Both the position numbers and the translations under genes were made by a program. A model generated the notes under the pieces. The model searched no databases and was not told the origin of the DNA. It was given only the letters and a program-made list of their open reading frames with translations. From IMG/VR virus record IMGVR_UViG_2645727839_000001, positions 32,001-96,000 of that record: DNA of 64,000 nt. The stretch is one strand, 5' to 3'. The stretch is from a virus. Lineage: Duplodnaviria > Caudoviricetes. Below are positions 58,505-64,000 of the stretch, in pieces (position 1 is the stretch's first letter; each line of letters opens with the position of its first letter).

Positions 58505-58957
58505 CTACTTGCCCCCAATAGCCTTTTGGTATTCGCTTTGAACAATACGGATATCACTTAAGGTTTCCTTCCAATATTCATTAGCCTGTTCGCGATAGGC
58601 TAACGTCATTTGAACAACAACCTCTTCGTTATTCGAATTGCTTTTCCTTTCACGACCTGCCGTTCCAAACACGCCTACTAGAATCTTCTGGCTTCCAGTT
58701 CTGGCAAATAGGTTCACGCAAAGTTTTCTGGCTAAGCCGGGTGTCATATCCAGATTTCTATCGATGGTCATGTTGAGAATAAACGAAACCATTCGGCTTG
58801 TTTTGTATCGCTTAACTGCTGCTGAGAGGCGAGCTGCCCTTTGAGGTAATTCCCAAAACTCCGTATCAAATAGCTCTATCTCTTCCATGTAATCAGAGCG
58901 GAGATTGTCTAAAGAATATCGGTATTGTTCGGTGAACTTTTGGTGTGCGCTATCCAT
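58505..58957 (-). CDS. hypothetical protein between the two palindromic repeats
   Basis: Start uncertain (MDSAH, GGGG RBS). Confidence 0.65.
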   Translation of the reverse strand: MDSAHQKFTEQYRYSLDNLRSDYMEEIELFDTEFWELPQRAARLSAAVKRYKTSRMVSFILNMTIDRNLDMTPGLARKLCVNLFARTGSQKILVGVFGTAGRERKSNSNNEEVVVQMTLAYREQANEYWKETLSDIRIVQSEYQKAIGGK

Positions 58958-59097
58958 GTCATACCCCATCAGGTTAATGTAAGCATACGTTAGCATTAAC
59001 CTAGCGGAATATACAACTGATAGACGTAAAAAAGCCCCTACTAAGAGAGGCTTTAATTTTAACTAGCTAGTAATCATTTGCTGACATACTAAACCTT

Positions 59098-60141
59098 TTA
59101 ACCTTCGTTAAAGAGTTCGCCACTCGCGAATGAAATACCGTAGACCTCATTTGTCAGAGTCATTGTAATCTTACTTGGCTTAGTAAGATCTTTCACCGTA
59201 AATGCAGCCTCAATTTCAATTGGAGCCGTAGGCTTCTTAGCAAGTTCTGTCGCAACAGACGCCACAATATTTGATTTAAGCGTATCGAAATCAACTGTCT
59301 TACTTGGAACTGCTATCCACTGACTGTTCTCCATGTTAACGGAATCAATTAAGATCTTAGAACCTGGCAAATTATGCTCATGTGGACCTTCTGTCATAGA
59401 TACGCCATACAGTGAACCGTATGAGCCAGGATTGTCAAAATCTGCGACCAATTCGGCATATTTAGCTTTAGCGAAAATTTCAGCATCCTTACCTTGGAAT
59501 TTTTCGCTTTCTACTCCGCCTCTAATAACCCCGTCAGTGTCCACATAATAGCCATATATTTTGGACACAACATATTGAAGTTCAGGCGTTACAACCGTCT
59601 CGCGTTCAATTTCAACAACCGTGTCATCGGGTTTTGTAATGACAATTCGATGGATGTTATCGCCACTGCAATTAATACCAAAGTAAAGATACTCTTTGGC
59701 ATCTTTTGTAAAATACATAGCGGCCGTTACTGGGGCTCCTTTTGGGAACTCCGATTGCCATTTTGTAATAAGAGAATCAAAATGGTCGGCTGTTGGCACT
59801 GCTAAATGTATCTCTTTAATTTTGCCACCTGATACTGTCTCAAGACGAATAACACCCAGTTCCCAAGATACGTCGTCATCAGCATTTAAATTGGAGCTAT
59901 AGCAAAAGTACTTCGCAAATTTAGTTGTAATATATTTGCCGAGAAAAACACTCATCTCATTGGTGTCTGTTTTTGCAATAGCCTTTTGCACTTCAAGGTC
60001 AAAAGCTCCACCTTTTAATGTCTCAGCCAGCGGCGCATAGTCACTCAATGACGTTAGAATATCGCCGTTCGTGCTTGGCTTGTCATGACAATTCCTGCAA
60101 GCACCATCAAATGTATGTTCGACTATTAAGTGATGTGACAT
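59098..60141 (-). CDS. hypothetical protein
   Basis: AGGAG RBS before MSHHL; N-terminal CRNCH; operator at 60190-60207. Confidence 0.7.
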   Translation of the reverse strand: MSHHLIVEHTFDGACRNCHDKPSTNGDILTSLSDYAPLAETLKGGAFDLEVQKAIAKTDTNEMSVFLGKYITTKFAKYFCYSSNLNADDDVSWELGVIRLETVSGGKIKEIHLAVPTADHFDSLITKWQSEFPKGAPVTAAMYFTKDAKEYLYFGINCSGDNIHRIVITKPDDTVVEIERETVVTPELQYVVSKIYGYYVDTDGVIRGGVESEKFQGKDAEIFAKAKYAELVADFDNPGSYGSLYGVSMTEGPHEHNLPGSKILIDSVNMENSQWIAVPSKTVDFDTLKSNIVASVATELAKKPTAPIEIEAAFTVKDLTKPSKITMTLTNEVYGISFASGELFNEG

Positions 60142-60461
60142 TTTTACGCTCCTAAAATGAACTCTCAAAAGAGGTGTTTCGTTGATAGTTAAGTCACCAC
60201 TAACTTATCAATCTATTAGGAGGAAGTCGGGGCATGTTCTTCGCATTCGTGACATAGACATAAAAACGCCTGAAAGGGACTGCAAGTACCAGAATTGGGA
60301 TCGTGTGGACCCAAATAAACTACGTCTCCGAAATCGACTGCCTTTTCACAATTGCTACATTCATATTGCATTTTACATAACCGTATTTAACTTAAAATAA
60401 ACTATACGCACCAATCGTACCGAGCTGAGAATGCGATTCTCAGACACGGTACGTTGTAGCT

Positions 60462-60680
60462 CTAGCTTATCTTCACTTTAGGAAGACCAATACGCTGTAA
60501 ATCTTTCGCGATATCTTGAGCTTGTTTTTCTGTGAGTCTGTTTGTATTCATGCGAGTCAGCTTGTTTAACTGACGGGAAAGAATACGAGTGGCCAAACGT
60601 TCCGCCACCACCTGCCACGGAAGCTTCTTAAATGCGAAGCCCAATAGGTCTTTGCTTAAGCCGTATAGAATTGATTCCAT
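60462..60680 (-). CDS. small hypothetical protein downstream of the peptidase
   Basis: AAGGAG RBS. Confidence 0.55.
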   Translation of the reverse strand: MESILYGLSKDLLGFAFKKLPWQVVAERLATRILSRQLNKLTRMNTNRLTEKQAQDIAKDLQRIGLPKVKIS

Positions 60681-60692
60681 CTGCCCCACTCC

Positions 60693-61139
60693 TTAAAGTA
60701 ATTCATACTTTGTTTTGCCGTTCAACCTTGTTGCTTTCAATGCTTGCTTGCGTGGCAAACCGATATGAACCCAACTGTCATACTCGTTAATCACTTGGTC
60801 ATAGCCGTTAGCTTCTTCAATAATGAACTGGACGACCTGAGCAACGGTTAGTCCTGGCACTCGGAAGTCAGCCGCTAGTCCTTTCATGTGAGAAGAGGTT
60901 CGACTACCTTTGATTGCCGTGTTTAGAGCTGGCGTTCGATAGCCGGATGACACGATGATCTGAAATTCACGATCAAACTTCTCTTTCAATTTGTTTCTTA
61001 AGCCTTGAAGCCACCAAGCTGTATTACGTAGGTGTACTTCATGCTCTCTGCTAACAGGGACATTAAGCAGCCCTAGTTCGTCAGCCTTAGACGAGCGGAG
61101 CAATTCCCTGCGACTGATGTTTTCTGGATATTCCATCAT
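60693..61139 (-). CDS. peptidase M15A (endolysin / D-Ala-D-Ala carboxypeptidase-like)
   Basis: SSGYR...N...SSHMKGLAAD...WVHI; operator at 61146-61163. Confidence 0.85.
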   Translation of the reverse strand: MMEYPENISRRELLRSSKADELGLLNVPVSREHEVHLRNTAWWLQGLRNKLKEKFDREFQIIVSSGYRTPALNTAIKGSRTSSHMKGLAADFRVPGLTVAQVVQFIIEEANGYDQVINEYDSWVHIGLPRKQALKATRLNGKTKYELL

Positions 61140-61202
61140 TCTCCCTAAGTCACTGGTGACTTACTATTCATACAAAAATAAAAGGGGCGCAACGCCCCTA
61201 GT

Positions 61203-61487
61203 TTAAAGCCCTTGACGTTTTTGTTTAATCAAAGCCGACATTCTTGCCTCTTCAAGAGGAAACGGGGTTGCTACTGGCCTACCTGCTCTTTCCAGATGCG
61301 CAGCAATCGCCTCATCGATAAACTCATCGATAAGATTGGTTTCTGACCTGATCTTATCGAGCTTACATTTAGATACCCAAATGTTGGCGCAGACAATATC
61401 TCTCTTACCTGCTTCTTCTTTTAAAATTTTCTGACGTTGACGTGAGCGTTTTACAATTTCACTTCTAGTAAAAGGTTGGTGATTCAT
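61203..61487 (-). CDS. hypothetical small basic protein
   Basis: ORF; operator at 61499-61516. Confidence 0.6.
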   Translation of the reverse strand: MNHQPFTRSEIVKRSRQRQKILKEEAGKRDIVCANIWVSKCKLDKIRSETNLIDEFIDEAIAAHLERAGRPVATPFPLEEARMSALIKQKRQGL

Positions 61488-61565
61488 TTTTATCCCTTTT
61501 AGTCACCTGTGACTTATCATTGTTTACCAAAGCTAAACCAAGAGAACTTATAAGTAAAGTTCTGG

Positions 61566-62858
61566 TCAGACGTCTATATATTTGTGGTTATTAATATTTG
61601 TATCAATTTGTGTAAACTTATTTTGGTTTATTACATTTCCATCTAAGTACTTGATTGTTTGTTCACCTATAAACTGTAATCCGCTCAATGTTTCATGATC
61701 AGTACCGGGATGCTTTGAAACATTTAGCCACGCTTCTTTTTTCACGGCGCACATTTTGTACTCAAACTGGTAAGTGTTTCGACTCACTTCTTCCTGCAAT
61801 GCTGAATCCTCAAGCATGAAGGCAAAGTTGTCGCTACTGATACCCATCTGGCGACACTTGAGAGATAACCGGCTTGCCATCACTTCTGTCATACCTGTTT
61901 GCACAACTCGATACTCTTTAGGAAGTACTTTGTACCCCTCTTGATTCTTAGTGCCGTACAGTTCAAGCATTTTCTTAACCACTCGAATTGTTTCTGTAAC
62001 GCTCTCTGAGCTATCGGGACAAATATATAGTGTAAGATTCTTTTCTCTAGCTAAACGCTTTATGTCGTCGCATACGAGAAGCGAGAAGCAGCTCCAAACG
62101 TTGTACGTGTCGATAATACAAATGACATCGCTATAATCGGGTAGCTCTTCAAGGTACTTGAGATAATCTTTCTCACTTTGCCAACCGATTATCACGTTGT
62201 GCTCAAGCAAGTATCGACGTGGCGCAAATCTTAATGGTCGTTCGTAATACTGCTCTAGGAAAAGGTCTGCACTGATAGAGTCAAACGATGGGAACGCCAG
62301 CTTGGTGGCAGAAGATGCCAACTCACACGACATGCTAGGGCAAGCTCGTCCGGTGATGTCATACACGATCTTGTGCTCGTCGTGACCAGATAGACTCTTC
62401 CAATCATCCAGTATCTCGCGAATCCCCATCATCTTGGTTAGCATTGTCGATGGGTACCAAATTGAACGCAGCAACAAACTATCCAACTGGTATAGAAGCC
62501 AGATAAAGTCTGACGAGTAGCATTCCACCGTCAGCATTACCTCACCGCCTGGCACAAACAATCCTTCCTCCACAGAACGAATTGAAATAGGCAGATAACC
62601 CCCATGATCTTTGACGATTCTCTCCCACCCTTTGATGAACTCTAGATCTCGCTCACCTCGAGCAGCGAGAACTCTCTTAGCTTCATTTAAGTGGTCTTGG
62701 GTTACTGGTTGCTTTAGGAATTGTTGTACGAACGCAGAGATACCAAAGAAATAGCAGTCCTTCTTTGCTCTCAAGTAAAACTGTGCCGCCTTAATCTCTC
62801 GATCGATCAAGTCACGGTTCAATACTTTCGCAGCATCACACGCCAATATCAGATTCAT
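61566..62858 (-). CDS. divergent nicotinamide phosphoribosyltransferase (NAMPT/NadV)-like protein
   Basis: GWERIV..HGGYLPISIRSVEEG, IWYPST, EH, IDTYN, PDS, GYKVLP. Confidence 0.75.
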   Translation of the reverse strand: MNLILACDAAKVLNRDLIDREIKAAQFYLRAKKDCYFFGISAFVQQFLKQPVTQDHLNEAKRVLAARGERDLEFIKGWERIVKDHGGYLPISIRSVEEGLFVPGGEVMLTVECYSSDFIWLLYQLDSLLLRSIWYPSTMLTKMMGIREILDDWKSLSGHDEHKIVYDITGRACPSMSCELASSATKLAFPSFDSISADLFLEQYYERPLRFAPRRYLLEHNVIIGWQSEKDYLKYLEELPDYSDVICIIDTYNVWSCFSLLVCDDIKRLAREKNLTLYICPDSSESVTETIRVVKKMLELYGTKNQEGYKVLPKEYRVVQTGMTEVMASRLSLKCRQMGISSDNFAFMLEDSALQEEVSRNTYQFEYKMCAVKKEAWLNVSKHPGTDHETLSGLQFIGEQTIKYLDGNVINQNKFTQIDTNINNHKYIDV

Positions 62859-64000
62859 AGACTCACCTCTTCACACTTGCACTTAAAGCGATGACTCACC
62901 ACTCGATACTTTTCCAAGTTCAACATGCCATTTTCATACATCACCAATCCATCAATGCTTTGAACACCACTTAGAGTTTTCTTGCCCGCATCATGTTTTG
63001 GATTTTTACAGACACCGGTTGTTTTCCCTGAATGCTTCACTGCGCAGATTTTCTGGATGAAACCTAACTCTGCTCTTTGCAATCCAGTTTGGAAATAGTC
63101 ATCTGACAGGACAAAGAAGAATGAATCGAGTGACCACTTCTCTTGCTCAAGACGATAGATAAGGCGTTTTAATTGGTCGATGCTTAGATCTTCTGACTGA
63201 GAAAGAATGATTGGCGCAGCAAACGACTTGTATCCTTTTTCGTTAACTGTGTGACCGAATGTTTCCTCCAACATATCTCTAACGAGGAAGAAATCTCGTT
63301 CGATGTTGGTTGAGTCAATAGCCATAGATACAGCATGAGATCGGTTGGCAATCTCGCTCTTAAACTTCTTACCTACCAACTCATTCAACACGTATTCATA
63401 GTTGTAGGTATCTAACATGAAATGACACCAACGATGTGGGTAAGCATCTAGTGTTTTACGAATCAGGGCTTCTTCATTGCCAACGTGTGCCAAAACACAA
63501 GCATGATCTTGAACGACATCAAATTCGACCATGAACTTTTCCGTTCGATACATATTGGTAAGCTGACGAGCGGCTTTAGTTGTAAGGCAGCCGGGAAAGG
63601 CCATGCCTAGTATGCTCTGTAAGATGCCAGTCGCATGAGCTGTCCCTAAATCACCGCCACTTCCTGCTTTGTAATCCGCCATGAATGGGTACAACGATGT
63701 CTTCTCGCCATACCAAGACAGTAAACGCCTAGCTCGAGCCGTCTTCAAAGCGATTGTGCTGTCATGCCACACACAGGCAAGAAGAAGCTTATCAACCATA
63801 GAGGGAAGCATTGGGTAATTGGTATCAGTACTTTCGATTAGATAGATAGGTTCGCCAGCCTTAACGAGTGAACCCTCTGGTAGTGCTGTGATTTTTACAG
63901 GTAGATAACCACCCTGCTCTAGAATCGATTCCCAAAACTCTCGAGGGAAATACTCATTCGCCAACGCTGCAGCCGATTCTATCTGTTCTTGAGTAATAGG
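62855..64000 (-). CDS. second divergent NAMPT/NadV-like protein (5' end outside window)
   Basis: Frame is open to 64000 (PITQEQIESAAALANE...); GGYLPVKITALPEG, VWHDSTIA, LDTYN, FGHTVNEKGYK. Confidence 0.75.
   Translation of the reverse strand, partial: PITQEQIESAAALANEYFPREFWESILEQGGYLPVKITALPEGSLVKAGEPIYLIESTDTNYPMLPSMVDKLLLACVWHDSTIALKTARARRLLSWYGEKTSLYPFMADYKAGSGGDLGTAHATGILQSILGMAFPGCLTTKAARQLTNMYRTEKFMVEFDVVQDHACVLAHVGNEEALIRKTLDAYPHRWCHFMLDTYNYEYVLNELVGKKFKSEIANRSHAVSMAIDSTNIERDFFLVRDMLEETFGHTVNEKGYKSFAAPIILSQSEDLSIDQLKRLIYRLEQEKWSLDSFFFVLSDDYFQTGLQRAELGFIQKICAVKHSGKTTGVCKNPKHDAGKKTLSGVQSIDGLVMYENGMLNLEKYRVVSHRFKCKCEEVSL

Noticed and set aside
1-64000. tRNA, rRNA, transposase, integrase, virion or conjugation genes
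   Set aside because: None recognised by eye; tRNAscan and HMM searches would be needed to exclude them

Overview
This window looks like part of a large Vibrio-type extrachromosomal element, most similar to SSU5/pHCM2-class phage-plasmids; this is an inference, and no capsid, tail or conjugation genes are recognisable here. Most genes are on the minus strand. It encodes a nearly autonomous replication/recombination kit: DnaE with a fused UDG-like domain, DnaB helicase, primase, gp32-like SSB, 5'-3' exonuclease, RecA, SbcCD, RuvC-like resolvase, ATP-dependent ligase, DnaQ-like exonuclease, CobS/CobT-like AAA+/VWA pair, ParAB and a XerCD dif site. Accessory genes include nagE, a sugar acetyltransferase, a nitroreductase, an SMR pump, two outer-membrane beta-barrels flanking a giant repeat lipoprotein, an M15 peptidase and two degenerate NAMPT-like genes. 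The main unannotated signal is regulatory. About 19 genes share a 5'-leader motif ACACAAAGAGA at the ribosome-binding site. Two candidate small RNAs (2894-2960 and 15325-15429, minus strand, each with a putative promoter and terminator) carry the exact antisense seed UCUCUUUGUGU. The element also encodes its own Hfq-like, CsrA-like, AphA-like, IHF-alpha and probably H-NS-like proteins. Separately, 23 copies of an 18-bp palindromic operator (TAAGTCACTAGTGACTTA consensus) lie in intergenic DNA, and two ~98-bp palindromic elements sit in inverted orientation 45 kb apart. All protein calls come from motif recognition by eye, without database searches.
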